DNA of 63,563 bases, filler included, from Folioceros fuciformis (Eukaryota): the NCBI GenBank assembly GCA_049999805.1. It is 31 parts of 31 records of this genome, joined end to end, with 100 filler letters (N's around TTAATTAATTAA, not from the genome) between each part and the next. Parts side by side here need not be neighbours in the genome. Positions count along the whole stretch, not along the records: positions 10,792 to 12,919 come from JBNGIO010000375.1; positions 13,020 to 15,855 come from JBNGIO010000376.1; positions 15,956 to 17,217 come from JBNGIO010000377.1; positions 17,318 to 21,457 come from JBNGIO010000378.1; positions 21,558 to 24,406 come from JBNGIO010000379.1; positions 24,507 to 26,375 come from JBNGIO010000380.1; 25 more parts are not named here. One strand, 5' to 3'. Below, in pieces: positions 10,792 to 25,200 of this stretch. The notes beneath the pieces were generated by a model, which was given only the letters and a program-made list of their open reading frames with translations, searched no databases and had not been told where the DNA came from. Each line of letters opens with the position of its first letter. Positions within the stretch are counted from its first letter, which is position 1. A program made the position numbers and the translations under genes.

Positions 10792-12919
10792 ATCTCCTAA
10801 TAGGGCTGTGGATGAGCAGGTTCCAGAGGAGATGTGGTGTGGAAAGAAGCCGTCATACAAGCATCTACGAGTATTTGGCTGCGAGGCATACTACCATGTT
10901 CCGAAGGAGTTTCGGGACAAGTTGGCACCCAAGTCCAAGAAATGTATTTTTCTTGGCTATGGTGAATCTGGTGAGATGGGATACCGTCTATGGGATCTAG
11001 AAGCCAAGAGGATGGTTCGCAACAATGACGTGTTCTTCAATGAGACCAAGATGCACAAGAAGCCTACTCCAACTGTGGAAGTGCGACGCATGGTCTTTCA
11101 AGAAGATGGACTTGACCGTCTCGCGCAGGTTGAACGTCGTGCTGTGCAGGAACAAGTTCCTCCACTTGTAGAAGAGGAGAGAGTGCAACTAGCTCCGGTC
11201 GAGGCGCCAGTACTTCGTAGGTCAGGAAGGATCTCACGTCCTCCTAACATGTATGTTGCATCTCTTGATTATGTCATGCTGACGGATTGTGGGGAACCCT
11301 CTTGTTACTAAGAGGCCATGTCAATGACTGACAAGGGCAAGTGGGAGAAGGTGATGCAGCCGCAGATGGATTCGCTCCATAAGAACCAAACTTGGGAGTT
11401 GGTTCGGTAGCCTAGGGGCAAGAAGGCGTTGCCATGCAAATGGGTGTATAAGATGAAAGACATACCCCATTATGGCAAACCCAAGTACAAGGCACGATTG
11501 GTTGCTAAGGGTTTAAAGCAACAACAAGGTATTGACTTTAATGAGATTTTCTCACCGGTTGTCAAAATGACCACCTTGCGATGTGTTCTTGGTCTGGTTG
11601 TGAGGAACGACATGGAACTTGTCCAGATGGATGTGAAGTCGACATTTCTGCATGGTGATCTTTAGAAAGAGGTATACATGCAGCAACCAGAGGGTTTCAT
11701 TGAGAAGGGCAAAGAGAATCTAGTGTGCAAGTTAAAGAAGAGCCTTTATGGTTTGAAGCAGGCACCCAGGGACTGGTATTTCAAGTTCCACTCATTTATG
11801 TTTTCTCAAGGCTACAAACGTAGTGATGAGGATCATTGCCTCTATACGAAGCAAGCTAAGGATGGAAGCTTGCTCATTCTGGTCCTCTATGTGGATGATA
11901 TGCTAATTGCTAGGACTAACAGTGATGAGATTTCAGCGTTGAAGTCAAAGTTGAATGGTCGTTTTGACATGACAGACTTGGGAGAGGCAAGCCATATTCT
12001 TGGTATGCGGATTCGTTGAGACATACAGAAGCATTCGCTTTACTTGTCTCAAACTGAATACATTAACAAGATGCTTCAACGTTTCAATATGAAGAAAGGG
12101 AAGGTATTGAGTACTCCATTACCTCCATATGTGAAACTTTCAAGCAAGGATTGCCCAAGCTCTGCGGAGGACAAAGCTGTAATGGAGAAGGTTCTATACT
12201 CATTAGCTGTAGGGAGTTTGATGTATGCAATGATTGCTACACGTCCTGACATTGCTTTTGCAGTGGGAGTGGTTAGCAAGTTTATGTCAAACCCTGGCAG
12301 GAAGCATTGGGAGGCAGTGAAAGGAGTTATGAGGTACTTGAATGGTACAAAAGCTTTGTGCTTATGTTTTGGTAGTGAAGATGCATCTGTCGTGGGATAT
12401 ACGGATGCTAATTATGTAGGGGATATGGACAAAAGGAGGTCCACATCAGGTTATGTCTTCATGTGCACAGGAGGAGCAGTCTCATGGCGATCTCGTTTGC
12501 AATCGTGCATAACGCTATCTACCACAGAGGCTGAGTATGTTCTAGCCATTGAGGCGTGCAAGGAAGCCATGTGGCTTGCTCGTTTAGTGGGAGATTTGGG
12601 GATCAAGGTTGAGCTTCCAGTGTTGCATTGTGATAGCTAGAGTGCTATTCAATTGGCAAAGAATCCAGTGTTTCATGCGAAGACCAAACATGTGGAAGTG
12701 AAGTATCACTTCAATCGAGAGGTGTTGGAAGACAAGAGGGTACAACTTGTCAAAGTTCACACCAGTCAGAACCCTGCAGATGTTCTTACCAAGGGGCTCT
12801 CTTCGGAGCAATTCACACAAGCTCGGACGCTCATGGGCATGAGGTAGACCACTCTCCTATGAAGGTAAATTGGCCTTTAAGGGGGAGGTCGTAAGGTTAT
12901 TAAAGCCCAATGTGCTTAG
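10792..12919 (+). mobile_element. Copia family B integrase C-terminus, RT, RNase H, PPT and start of 3' LTR
   Basis: [43 protein letters not shown] followed by LTR-B at 12890; several stops. Confidence 0.95.
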
Positions 12920-13019
12920 NNNNNNNNNNNNNNNNNNNNNNNNNNNNNNNNNNNNNNNNNNNNTTAATTAATTAANNNNNNNNNNNNNNNNNNNNNNNNN
13001 NNNNNNNNNNNNNNNNNNN

Positions 13020-13428
13020 TATGATGCTACTAGGAAAGGATGTGTTCGGCTTGGAAATAACTACGTGTGCGAGATTGCAGGCGTTGGTGATGTGTAGTTG
13101 AAGTTCGACAACGGATCTTCATACATACTGAAGGATGTTAGGCATGTTCCTAAGTTGACAAAAAGCATGATTAGCGCAGGGCAGTTGGATGACGCTGGCT
13201 AAGAAAATGTATTTTTCTTAGCTATGGTGAATCTGGTGAGATGGGATACCGTTTATGGGATCCAAAGGCCAAGAGGGTGGTTTGCAACAATGACATGTTC
13301 TTCAATGAGACCCAGATACACAAGAAGCCTACTCCAACTATGGAGGTGCGACGGGTGGTCTTCCAAGAAGATGGACTTGACCGTCCCGCGTAGGTTGAAT
13401 GTCGTGATATGCAGGAACAAGTTCCTCC
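13020..13428 (+). mobile_element. Internally deleted copia family B fragment (protease region fused to integrase C-terminus)
   Basis: LKDVRHVPKLTKSMISAGQLDD jumps at about 13200 to sequence matching 10938-11163. Confidence 0.8.
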
Positions 13429-13712
13429 TGAAGGATCACTAGAGGAGCATGGTGAAGGAGAGGAGAGGAGGAGGTAAGAAGGAGAGGAGAAAGAGAGGTC
13501 ACACTCTCACAATAGAGTCTCTCAATAGCAAGGGAGCTCAAGGGGGTATTTATACCCTCTAGAAGAGCTCCCTAGGAAGCTTCACAAGAAGCACACAAGA
13601 AGCTGCGCAAGAAGCTTCCTACATATTAGCTTAAGCTAATCTAAACTAATGGTACTTAACTAGACACTAATCTCAGACTAAACACATTAGTCTAAGTACA
13701 TTGGGCTTTAAT
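13429..13712 (-). mobile_element. LTR family B, inverted, inside family B internal sequence
   Basis: Reverse complement of about 6085-6367. Confidence 0.88.
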
Positions 13713-15855
13713 ATTCAGTAAACCAAATCGTGCAGCGGTAGTGTGATCGGAAGAGATGAACAAGGAATGGAGTAGACTGAACAATTATGGGGAGGGACGC
13801 CCGTGGCGAACCTAGAGTGTACCCAACCGTCATGTCCAACGGTCGTGTCGTAACAATGTGACTATTCAGATGGTGCCTAGTGAGATGGCCCTAACCCTAA
13901 TTAACTAACCAGGATAAGGTTGTTCTAGAGTTAACTAGACCTACTATCATACTCCCACTCAGACTTTTCCTAGGTTCGGTCTCCTATGCGATCTGATCAG
14001 CGATGGACTAGACTGCCATCTAGGATGCTACCACGAGCGTGATCCTCTTGTGCATGTTTAAAAAAACTAGTAGCTGTTTCTTGCAAGTGGAGATTGAAGT
14101 CGTCTTTCTTCAAACTCAGGTCAGAGGATCGAAGACCAGTGTCGTCTTCACACAGATTCCTGGGTGTCCTCAATTCTCTATGCTCCTTGAGTCTGCTCGG
14201 ATTGATGACTGTGGCCACCTTTTTGTGTTTGATGTAGTCTAGCTAGTGTAGCTCGTCCTGAGACGGCCTCTTTGCCTGCTCGAGTGAGGGCTCCATACTC
14301 GCTTTCTGTGGGGCTGAGGCAGATGTTGGGAAGAATCTTACATGACCACGAAACAGCAGCGCCTGCCAGCATGTATACGTACGCTGCTACACTCCTGCGT
14401 GAATCAGGGTTTGCAGCCCAGTCTGCATCCGACCAGCCCGTCAATATCAGTTTTGAAGATCCCGAGGTTTTGTAAGTTAAATCGAGGTCCTTCGTCCCTA
14501 GCAAGTATCTGTAGATTCTTTTCACAGCTAACCAATGGTTCCTGCCCGGATTTTGAGAGAACTGCGCAACTTCCTAAGTGGCCTTGCTTATGTCAAAGCG
14601 TGTCCAAACACTCAGGTATATCAAACACCCTACAGCTGCCTTATAGGGGATAGTTTCCATATCTTTCCTTTCTTGATCAGTCGTTGGCTGATCATCTGCT
14701 GTTAGCTTAGTGCCCACGGCCAGTGGTGTGTTCACAGGTCGTGCATTAGCTAGATTAAACCTAACAGAGATGTCATGTATGTACTTGGACTGATGAAGGA
14801 TGATTGTTCCTGCAGCTCTATTCCTCTCAACCTGGACTCCTAAACAGTAGCTTAGATCACCTAGTTGTTTCATCTTATATTCCTTGACGAGCTTCTGTTT
14901 GATGTTGGCCATGAGTGATTTACTGGTTGCGGCTACCATAAGGTCATCAACGTACAATGCAATGATGACCATGCCTAAGTCATTCAACAGGACATACATG
15001 TTAGGGTCAGAGTCTGTATTGACAAAACCGAGCGACAACACAAAGGCGTTGATTCTGTTGTACCAAGCTCTCGGAGCCTGTTTGAGTCCGTAGAGGGCCT
15101 TGAGTAATTTGCAAGCTTTCTTTTCCTTGTTCTTTTGTACGTATCCTTGGGGTTGACTAACGTAAATTGTCTCTTCCAGGTCCCCATAGAGGAAGGCCGT
15201 GGTTACATCCATATGCTCAAGCTCTGAATTGAGTTCAGCGGTCAGAGCGAGTAAGAATCTTACAGTTGAAGTTCTGACGACGGGAGAGTACAGTTCATGT
15301 TCGAGGTAGTCAATTCCATTCTGTTGCCGGAATCCTCTCGCGACGAATCTAGCTTTGTACCTATCAATCGTGCCATCTGCTTTGAACTTCTTCTTGAACA
15401 CCCATTTGGTGTTGATTGCTCTACGACCCTGAGGAAGATCCTCAAGTATCCATGTTTTGTTTTCCATTAGAGAAGCGTATTCTTCGTCTGCCGCTTTAAC
15501 CCACTTTTCCTTCTCGGGACTACTCATGGCCTCATTCCAGTCTAGAGTTCCAGAGTCCTCTGCAGCAACTGTTAGTACTTGTGCCAAGTGTCCATGATCG
15601 GATGTCAAATTGGACTTCGAGGAACGAGGATGAATTGGAGCCGAGATTGTCGCTATAGCAGTGCTAGGTCTGCTGTTCCAGTACTTAGAAGGGTTGAACG
15701 GGGGCTGTGACCACTCATCCGGGTTATGAGTGTGGAGCCTGGATGATCTCCGGAGTGTGGGTAACTCAGGGGATTCGGTTTCATTTTCTGAATCAACCAT
15801 TTCCTCAGCTGGTGGTACTTCTTCTTCCTCGTGCTCATGAGTTGAGTCTGAATGC
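13712..15855 (-). mobile_element. Copia family E RT-RNase H, PPT (about 13951-13960) and 3' LTR (13712-13949)
   Basis: ORF 14574-15800 with YKARFVARG and ALYVDDL; GWSDADW; GAGTGGGAGTA|TGATAGTAGG. Confidence 0.9.
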
Positions 15856-15955
15856 NNNNNNNNNNNNNNNNNNNNNNNNNNNNNNNNNNNNNNNNNNNNT
15901 TAATTAATTAANNNNNNNNNNNNNNNNNNNNNNNNNNNNNNNNNNNNNNNNNNNN

Positions 15956-16537
15956 TCTTATTCAGCGATGGAGACTGCCCACTTTGATCTTTGCTGCTGC
16001 AACCCTTATCGCTATGCTCTTGATCCCATGAGCAGTTATTGCTTCCTGGTGCATTTTCTGGATGTTTCAATGACATCTCAGAGCCTTTGCAGACCGCCGC
16101 TAAAAAGGGCTCATCATTGAAGTCAGAGCGCATATGCATGCCTGAAGGGACAGCCTTCCCGTTCCCATCTTTTCCAATTATGGGCTCCCAAAAACCAGCT
16201 CTACCAATGCCGTCACTGCAAGAAAACACCATCATGGAATAACCTAGTTCCTGCACAATTTCTCCTGTTGGGCCTAGTAGTCCTGCAGGTTGGGGTTTCC
16301 CCTGCCAACAAAACCGAGCGGCTTCGACAAGTCTTCCAGCACATGTGATCGCCTGGAAAAAGAGCTGGCCACAACCACCACACTCAAGAGGAATACACAC
16401 TGACCTCAAAACCCTGTGATTCTTCTCACTATATGATTCCATAGGTAGAGCAACATGGGAATCTCTAGCCCCAGCCACCTCGAGGTAGTGACCTGCAACC
16501 TGCCTATCCCCATCAACATGAGAGTTGTCTTTTGCAA
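15956..16537 (-). other. Unassigned open frame (about 194 codons) interrupted by an LTR
   Basis: Stop-free to the contig edge, but no domain recognised. Confidence 0.25.
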
Positions 16538-17213
16538 TGTGAAGGCGCGAGGGCAGCATGGACGTGTCAGGCAAGTCGCTCTTCTCCTTCTGCTCGCTAG
16601 CCTGCTTCCGGCTAGGCAGCTAGCTGCCTGGCTATCCGACACCACCTATGGCTTGCCTGCGCTATTGGCCCGCTTGCCGGCTGCCTGGCAATCCGACTCC
16701 AATTCGGCTAGCCCGCTGACTAGATGTATGGCCAGATCCGGCCAGCCAGCCACCCGCCAGCCAATCGCCTGTCCAAATGCGCGTCCTGCGCATTTGGATA
16801 GCCACCCCTGCTAGCCAATCAGCCAGGCTGCCAGCCTAGCTCCAGTTGCGGCTAGCCGCTTATCCAGCCACCAGCAGCCTAGCTACTGCGGCCGCGACTC
16901 AGCTAGCTCGCCGACTGGCCACGGTTTAGCCAGCCGGCCTGGCTGCCTAGATCCGCAGACCCACTTGCCTGCTATTAAAATACTCGGGTATACCAGGCCT
17001 AATACGGAATAACGTTTGGTATTTAAGTGGAGCGTTACGTAGTGTAGCGTTTCGCTAAATGGCGTTTTGTGTTTTAAGTTAGGGTTGAGACGGTTACGAA
17101 CAGAGCCCTTTTTGTATCGCTGTTTCAATGCAAGAATACACTTCTTTGTGCTTTCATGTGTATGCTTGAGGTGGTCTGATGTTTTGGGTACATATTCTTT
17201 ATGGTATCAGAGC
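16538..17213 (+). mobile_element. 5' LTR family F (GC-rich) with tRNA-iMet PBS 17202-17213
   Basis: Starts TGTGAAGG at a sharp compositional break; followed by a perfect TGGTATCAGAGC. Confidence 0.75.
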
Positions 17214-17740
17214 AAGANNNNNNNNNNNNNNNNNNNNNNNNNNNNNNNNNNNNNNNNNNNNTTAATTAATTAANNNNNNNNNNNNNNNNNNNNNNNNNNN
17301 NNNNNNNNNNNNNNNNNCTAGAAGAAGGATGGAGTGTAGAGAGGAATCCAGTTCCCAGTCCAATATCTAGCTTCCTGAAGTGGTGACAAAGGGAGACAGA
17401 AGTCGCGTGTGTGTGTGGCAGTACCTTGACATCAGAGGATTCAAAGTTGAGCTAAACATCTCTTTGAGCTAGAAGAGACCCACTATGAGTGTAGAAGACG
17501 CAAGCGAGTTGCCATGGACACCGGAAGAAGTCGAGAAAGAGGCTGGCCTGCTCACACATCTCAGGGAGACTGTGAAACTCCTAGGCCAGTTGAAGGAAGG
17601 CCAGTAGTATACTAGCAGCCAGGTGATTAGGTAAACGTTGAGCTTCATCCGCCTGCTGTTAGCTGACACTTGAGATGTGCTGAGCATGTTTCCCTTTGCC
17701 CTAACAAGTATGCATGTCGGTGGCGTGCAGTAAGAATAGC

Positions 17741-20700
17741 TTAGCAGCGAGGAGGCAGATGAACTAACAACCAAATCAGGGAGCATAGGCTCCCACCTCC
17801 ACACAAACTAGATAAATGCTCCAATTGCTTCTTAGCATCCTTGCAGTAACTTGTAAGATGACAAAGTCGTAGGCTTTTCAAATGTTGATAGTGCTTCAAC
17901 TTGGGCAAGGCCTTTGTTAATATGTCAGCTATATTCTTGTCTGTAGGGACATAATCCACCTTAACAACACCACGCCCAACCAAGTCTCTGATGTAATGGT
18001 GCTGAATTTCTATGTATTTTGTTCTAGCATGAAACCTCTGGTTTGCAACAAGAGCCAAAGCAGACATGTTATCACACAATAGAGGAGTTGGGCTCATCTG
18101 CTGTTGCCCCAAATCTGTAAGGAAGGTCCTTTCCCATTCTGCTTCCTTTGAAGCATCTATTAAGCTCTTATATTCTACCTCTGTAGACGAGAGGGCGATA
18201 GATGCTTGCTTTTTGCAACTCCAGTTTATGGCAGCATTTGCTAAAAGGAAGCAATATGTAGAGAGACTTCTCTTGTTATCACTATCTGATGCTCAATCAG
18301 CATCTGTGAAACCTCGTAAGGTAAGTTGCTTCTCTCCACTGCTTTTATAGCATAAGCCATAGTATTGAGTGCCTTTCAAGTAACGGAAGACTCTTTTGGC
18401 AGCTACCCAATGAGCGCATCCAGGATGCTCCAGGAACTGGGAAAGTGTGCTTACATAATATTGTATATCAGGACGTGTCCAATTCCCACCAAAGATCAAA
18501 CTCCCTTCTGCATGTCTATAAGGAACATTAGTGATTTCTTGTTTCTCTGCTTCAGACTATGGGCACTGTAGGCTTGTTAGTTTAACACCCATGGCTGATG
18601 GTGTAGTTGCTGGTTGTGCTTGATCAAGCTTAAACTTGGTCAAGATGTCTTGTATGTACTAATATTGGTGTATCATCAAAAGTCCTTCAGATCTGATGCA
18701 AAGCAACTGTATGCCTAGGCATAATTTTAATTCCCCTATGTCTTTCATTTCGTACTTGCTGCTTGGCATGGACTTAACTTCTTCTAACGGCTTATTACTT
18801 TTGGTAGCTAAAATCAAGTCATTGACGTAGAGGGCAAGGGCAACATATTCTTGTCCTCTTGCTAGCCTGTAAACATTACTGTCAGCTGCACTTTGCTTAA
18901 ATGATCTGCTTAGAAGGTACAGGTGGATGTTCAGGTACCAAACTCTACCACTTTGCTTCAGACCATAGATGGTCTCTCAGAAGTTTGCATACTCTCTTAG
19001 GGTAAGTTTTAACTTCATAGCCCTCGGGTTGAGTCATGTAAAGGTCCTCGTCTAGTGCCCTATATAGAAAAGTGGTGCAGACGTCCATTTGGTATAGTTC
19101 CAGGTCATACTCTGCTGCAAGGGCTAAGATCATCCTAATTGACTGCGATCTTACAACAGGAGAGAATGTTTCTTGATAATCTAAGCCTTTAGCCTGTGTG
19201 AAGCCTCTGGCGACTAATCTCGCCTTATACCTAGCTATCTCACCCTTCTCGTTTAATTTTAGTTTAAAGACCCACTTGTAGGAAATGGGTCTTCGGTCAA
19301 ATGGAAGGTCAACCAATTTCTAGGTATGGTTCTTTACAAGACTGTTAAACTCATCATCTACAGCAAACTTCCATTTTTCCTTCTCTGGACTTGTGAAAGC
19401 TTCTGTGAGTGACTTGGGTTCTAAGTGCACTGTTGTGGATGCAGCATGAGCAGCTTGGGCATATGAGGTGCGAAAATCAACAGACTCATATATGGGTTCC
19501 TTCCATTGTTCAGGTGGTGGCGTGTTTCTAGTAGACCTTCTCAAAGGAGGATCACGCTCCACAGGATCAACAGCCTGTTCATATTCTAGTTGTCCTTCGA
19601 AATCAGCTGCTGCAACAAATAAATCCAGGTCATCTTCATCAGCAGGTATCTCTAAGCCATGTCCATTTATAAGATCATGAATTTCATGTTCTTGGTTATT
19701 ATCGTTAGGATTGACATCATCATTCAGATTTCCTGGATTTGTAGCATCTTTATTGGCAATAACATCCTAACCATCATCAACAACATCTTGGCCATTTCGA
19801 ACAACATCCTGACCATTTGCAACTGGTTGTATCGCAAGAGTTGGAGCTGATGGAGGGAAATAATCACCGGCTGCTTCATCATGGAAGTCATAATCTGAGG
19901 TTTCATTGCTGATGGGTATGGCTCCCTCTGAAGTCAGTGTGGGATCCTGATTAGTATGTGTAGGATTAATAGGCTCGATGAATGTGACAAAACGGGCTAC
20001 CACCACTTTGTCATTATCAGGGTCATAGAGCTTATAGGCCTTCACATGATCACCGTATCCGATAAAAATGAGAGCTTGGGCTCTAGCATCCAGTTTCTTT
20101 CTCTTCTCCTTGGGGATGAGAGCAAAAGCTTGGAATCCAAATACTCGTAAGTGTAGGAGGCTAGGTTTCCGCTTCCATACAACTTCATAAGGAGTTTTGG
20201 AAGGGACAGAATTGGAGAAGAGGCGATTCAAGACATATGTGGCAGCAACAATAGCTTGTGCCCAGTAGATCTGAGAAAGACCAGCCCATATCAGCATGCT
20301 ACATGTCATGGACAACAATGTTTGGTTCTTTCTCTCTGCAACTCCGTTCTGTTGGGGAGTATAAGGGACTGTCAACTGACGTTGTATCCCTCTCTCTTCA
20401 AGGAAAAGATCAAAGGCTAAGTTGTTGAACTCATACCCATTGTCTGTCCGCAGTTGCTTTAGAAGAAGGCCAATTTGTCTCTGAACCGTAACTAACCACT
20501 CTTGGAAAATGACAAATGTGTCACTTTTCAGGTGCATCGAATAAGTCCATGTATGCCTGGAGTAATCATCAGTCAAACAGAAGTAGTAAAAGGAGTCTTC
20601 TAGGGAGGGGACATGTATCTTTCCTGAAATGTCGGCATGAACCAAATCAAGCACAGCCTCTGCCTTGAATGATGCTACTGAAGGGAAGGGCTGTTGTTTC

Positions 20701-20815
20701 TGCTTGGCTGGAATGCATGCTTCACAAGAAGGTAGATCTTTGAAACATCTGGGAAGTGGTTCTTGGTGACAGCCTTAGAGAGACATATCAATAAGCTTGT
20801 TTTTATTAACGGGAC
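17741..20815 (-). mobile_element. Copia pol (pre-integrase, integrase, RT, RNase H), decayed
   Basis: [46 protein letters not shown]. Confidence 0.95.
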
Positions 20816-21457
20816 TGTGAACCTCCAAAGTTTGGGGTAGTAGTTTGTTTTGGTTGAAAAAGGGTTAATAGTGGTATGGTTTGGTTTTCTTTTTCAACTT
20901 ATTTTCCCTAATTTTTCTTTATTTACTGGTCATTTTTCCTATTTTTCTTTGTGCTAATTAGGTTAATTGACCAGAAAATAGTTGGTTTGGTTATAAGAGT
21001 GGGTATAGGTTTGGTCCCAGACCTGGGAAGGTTTAGGTTCGGTACCAGGCCATAGGGTTGGGAAAGTTTGAGTCTAGGTCTGGTGATTAGTTTAATATAA
21101 ATTAAAGATATATAATATTAATGATTAAATAATATTATTAAATATTATTAAATAATATAATAATATAATAATGGTTTGAACATAGGAACGTGTATCTGGG
21201 TATGTCAGTGTCAGGGGTCAGGGTCTGACGATAGGCTGGCTGATTGCTTGGCTGGCATGAACGGCCATGGAGGCCATGCCCTAGCTAGAGCTACAGGTAG
21301 GGGTTGCGGCTGTCCCCATCCCTTTTCCCCCTTTCTCTTTTCCTCCTCCATTCCCTTCTTGCCCCCTCTTCTTCTTCTTCCCCTTCCCTCTCATCTCCCT
21401 TCCCATCTTTTGTGCCTCTTCTTCTTTGGAACCAGATTGCAGGCAGGAGGAGGGATC
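20816..21457. mobile_element. LTR family C inserted into copia pre-integrase region
   Basis: Starts TGTGAACCTCC; matches 6653-7006 reversed. Confidence 0.8.
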
Positions 21458-21557
21458 NNNNNNNNNNNNNNNNNNNNNNNNNNNNNNNNNNNNNNNNNNN
21501 NTTAATTAATTAANNNNNNNNNNNNNNNNNNNNNNNNNNNNNNNNNNNNNNNNNNNN

Positions 21558-24406
21558 CAAACAGAAGGGAATTATCCATCAATTAACAGTTCCTTACCAT
21601 CCTCCTCAGAATTCCTACGCTGAGCGTTACAATCGAACTTTGTAGGAACGCACTCGAGCAACTCTTACCCTGGCTGGTTTAACTCGGGGTTACTAGGCTG
21701 AAGCTATGGATGCAGTTAATTATGTTGCCAATCGGTTACCATTAAAGCCCCTCTATGACACCACTCCATATCAGCGTTGGACTAGAAATAAACCCCGTAT
21801 AAGCCATCTTCGTATTTTTGGTGCAATAGCCTACGCATATATACTTGCAGACAAATGGCACAAAATGGACAATAAGGCTACAAAGCTTATCTTCGTCGGC
21901 TATTCCAAAACTGTAAAAGGATATAAGCTTTTTAACCCTACAACCAGAGAACTTACATTGGCTCGTAGTGTTAGCTTTAATGAAGCGTTTATTCTCCAAT
22001 CTCATGCACGTTCCATCACCAGTCATGATCCTCTTGCCCCAGGATCAATATACGGTCACTCCTCTTTAGCTGAACCATCTGATCTGCCTATAGACATTGT
22101 TAATTATGATGAAACAGAACTCTCAACATTACCTGGTGATCCGTTAGAACATGAAGATATTACTGCAGTTGCAGCTGATCCAGTAGCTGCGGATGATTTT
22201 CAGGATGTCCATGAAGATGTTCAGGCACATTAGCAGCCTACTGATGATACAAGTGAAGAATTATAAAACAGCCTGGACATTCAAACAGATTTTTCTGAAT
22301 CCCCAAACACTATCAATGTTCAAGACACAATTAATCCCCTAGAAACGACGCCAGACCAACAACCAGTACCCTTTCGGCGTTCATCTCGCCCTCATAGACC
22401 ACGTTTTGCGTGGCTTGACCCGGTTTATGTCCCTGGTGACTCTTTCGTCACTCGCCCCACAGTGGACGTTGTTTTCTCTGATCATTCGCGTGAAAGCCTT
22501 GCACACATGACCAAACAGGAACATAGTGCATTAGCGATTTTTGATCCTCCTAACACTCCTCTCACTTACCAAGAAGCCATGCACTCTCCCCAGAAAATAG
22601 AGTGGCAAAAGGCAATAGCTTTTGAATATCAGTCTCTCATAGAAAATGATACCTGGAAGCTGGTTGACTTACCTGTAGGTCGACGAGCCATCACTTGCAA
22701 GTGGGTCTTCAAACTTAAGTTGAATCCCGATGGATCAGTTGCAAGGTACAAAGCCCGTCTTGTCGCTAGGGGTTACACTCAGATCTATGTTATAGATTAT
22801 AATGAGAAGTTCAGTCCCGTTGTTAAGCCCACGTCCATGCAGATCCAGCTTTGTTATGATCTTCAACATCATCTCCTCGTCCATCAAATGGACGTTAAAA
22901 CAACATTCCTGAATGGGCCCCTGGACGAGGTCATTTACATGCATCAGCCTGAAGGCTATATTATTGACGCTAGTAAGGTATGCGAACTAAAGAAATCACT
23001 TTACGGTTTGAAACAGTCAGCAAGGATATGGAATGGTCGCGCTGACAAGAAACTTCGAGCTATGGGGTTTACTCCCCTGACTGCAGATTGCAGTGTATAT
23101 GTCCTTAGAGGACTGCCCAAAAACAGATGTAGAAAAGCAGGAGATGTCAACTATTCCTTACCGGGAGGTCGTCGGCAGTTTGTTGTATCTCGCTGGGTGG
23201 ACTCGACCAGACATCTCCTAGGCTACAGGCATTGTGTCACGCTACCTGTCCAATCCGGGCAAAAGGCACTGGATAGCCGTTAAGCGGATCCTTAGATACC
23301 TACAAGGCACTAGGCATCTCTAGCTCACATATCAAAAGGCAAGTGAATTTACATTACACTATTTCTCTGATGCTGATTGGGTTGGGGACCAGGATGGTAG
23401 AAGATCTATCGCTGCTTATTGCACACTTCTTTGCAGCTCCGCGATTTCTTGGCAGAGTAAGAAACTTTCCATAGTTAGTCTTAGCTCTATGGAGGCACAA
23501 TATAGTGCTCTTTCGCTCGCAGCTCGAGAGATCAGCTGGATTTGGCAATTTCTCACAGAGGTTCACTAGCCACAATTGAAACCAACAGTCCTTCACTGCG
23601 ATAATCAGTTCGCCATAGCTCTATCAGTCAACCCTGTTTTACACGCTCGCTCAAAGAACATAGAAACCTATTTTCATTACATGAAGCTTGTAGTGGAAGA
23701 AAGAAGATACATCTACAGTATGTACCAGCGGCAAAGAACATTGCAGATGTGCTCACAAAGGGGCTATCCAGATTGTTACACAAGAAGCATTGTTCCTCGT
23801 TAGGGTTACTGAACAATGGCACTTACCCTAAGGGGCAGAACATGCGTCGCCAGCGAGAAGTTTGAGGCGGGGAGGCTCTTGTAAACAACGCATTGTTTGG
23901 GTCAGCCATGCACGCTTGCTGTACTGGATCACGGAACCTTACCTAATCGACAATAGCGGCTGGTTACTTGTAGACGCACGTTGTGTCTCTATCAGCTGAT
24001 GGTATTTCCAGGTATGCTGTGAGAGGGCGCACCCTCTACCTCCTTATCGGGCGCTGTCACTAAGTGCCTCACAATATGGTGATGCTGATCCATTGAGGAC
24101 GTCCTACGAATGCTGAGAGTACGTTTACCACCTTAACCACTGGTGGCAGGCAAGATTAAAGACTGGCTGAGAGCCACCGACACATAAGCCCTATCCTCTC
24201 TAGCTAGGCGTTGTTTGGTTTGAGAGGGGGTATTGCATAATAAGGCTTAGCAGCTATTTATGTAACAAACCAAAAACCCCTAATAGGGTTAGGGCACACA
24301 GAGCAAAACGTTATTCAGTTTAAGTCCCTTCTAGTTGTGTTTCATAAATATAGTTTTTAATTAGGTTAGGTTGTAAAAACGGTTACAACACCTCTGAGTG
24401 TTTTTC
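21558..24406 (+). mobile_element. Copia integrase-RT-RNase H, PPT (24221-24230) and 3' LTR start, decayed
   Basis: [45 protein letters not shown]. Confidence 0.9.
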
Positions 24407-24552
24407 NNNNNNNNNNNNNNNNNNNNNNNNNNNNNNNNNNNNNNNNNNNNTTAATTAATTAANNNNNNNNNNNNNNNNNNNNNNNNNNNNNNNNNNNNNN
24501 NNNNNNACCCTAACCTGAACTAATAAAAGGTAAAATTAAATATAACCTATCA

Positions 24553-25200
24553 GGGAGAAGACATCCTTCACCATTCAGCATCCAGAGCTACATCCCTTGC
24601 CCATCATGGGCCTCTTCTTTAAATGGTCGTGTGATTTGATTGGTGAGTTGCCCCAAACTGCATGTGGGAATGTGTATGTGCTCGTCATGATAGAGCACTT
24701 CAGCAAGTGGGTTGAGGCTATTGCGCTACCGGATAAAACATCCAGGAGCACCTCTCAAGCTTTCCTGTAGAATGTAGGGTGCTGTGCCAAATGCTTGACC
24801 GACCAGGGGTCGGAATTTCGGGGTGAATTCTAGGACTTACTAGATGCAGCCCTAATCGACCACCGCAGAACAAGCCAAGACCACCCCAGGCAAATGGTCT
24901 CACCGAGCGGATGGTCCAAACCATTAAGAAGGGCTTGAGGAATCTCTGTCTGCAGATGCCAAGATGGAGTGGGACTTGGCTTTGCCGTATATCGTCATGG
25001 GGTACAGGATGAGTAAGCATGCTTCCTTAGCACACTTCTCACCATCCTTCCTATTCTTTGGCCATGAGCCTCTGCCACCCAGCGCTATTGCTAAACAGCT
25101 GCAGCAAATGGTGAATTTGGACAGTCCAGTTGTATGGGCTGAGGTCATTGGAGACAGGGCTGCCCTATTCAGATAGGTAATGCCTATGCCTATTGACAAT
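24553..25200 (+). mobile_element. Ty3/gypsy integrase core, same lineage as the PHD-bearing integrase
   Basis: PLPIMGLFFKWSCDL, IEHFSKWVE, LTDQGSEF, HPQANGLTERMVQTIK; WDLALPYIVMGYRMS is homologous to 38154 onward. Confidence 0.9.
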
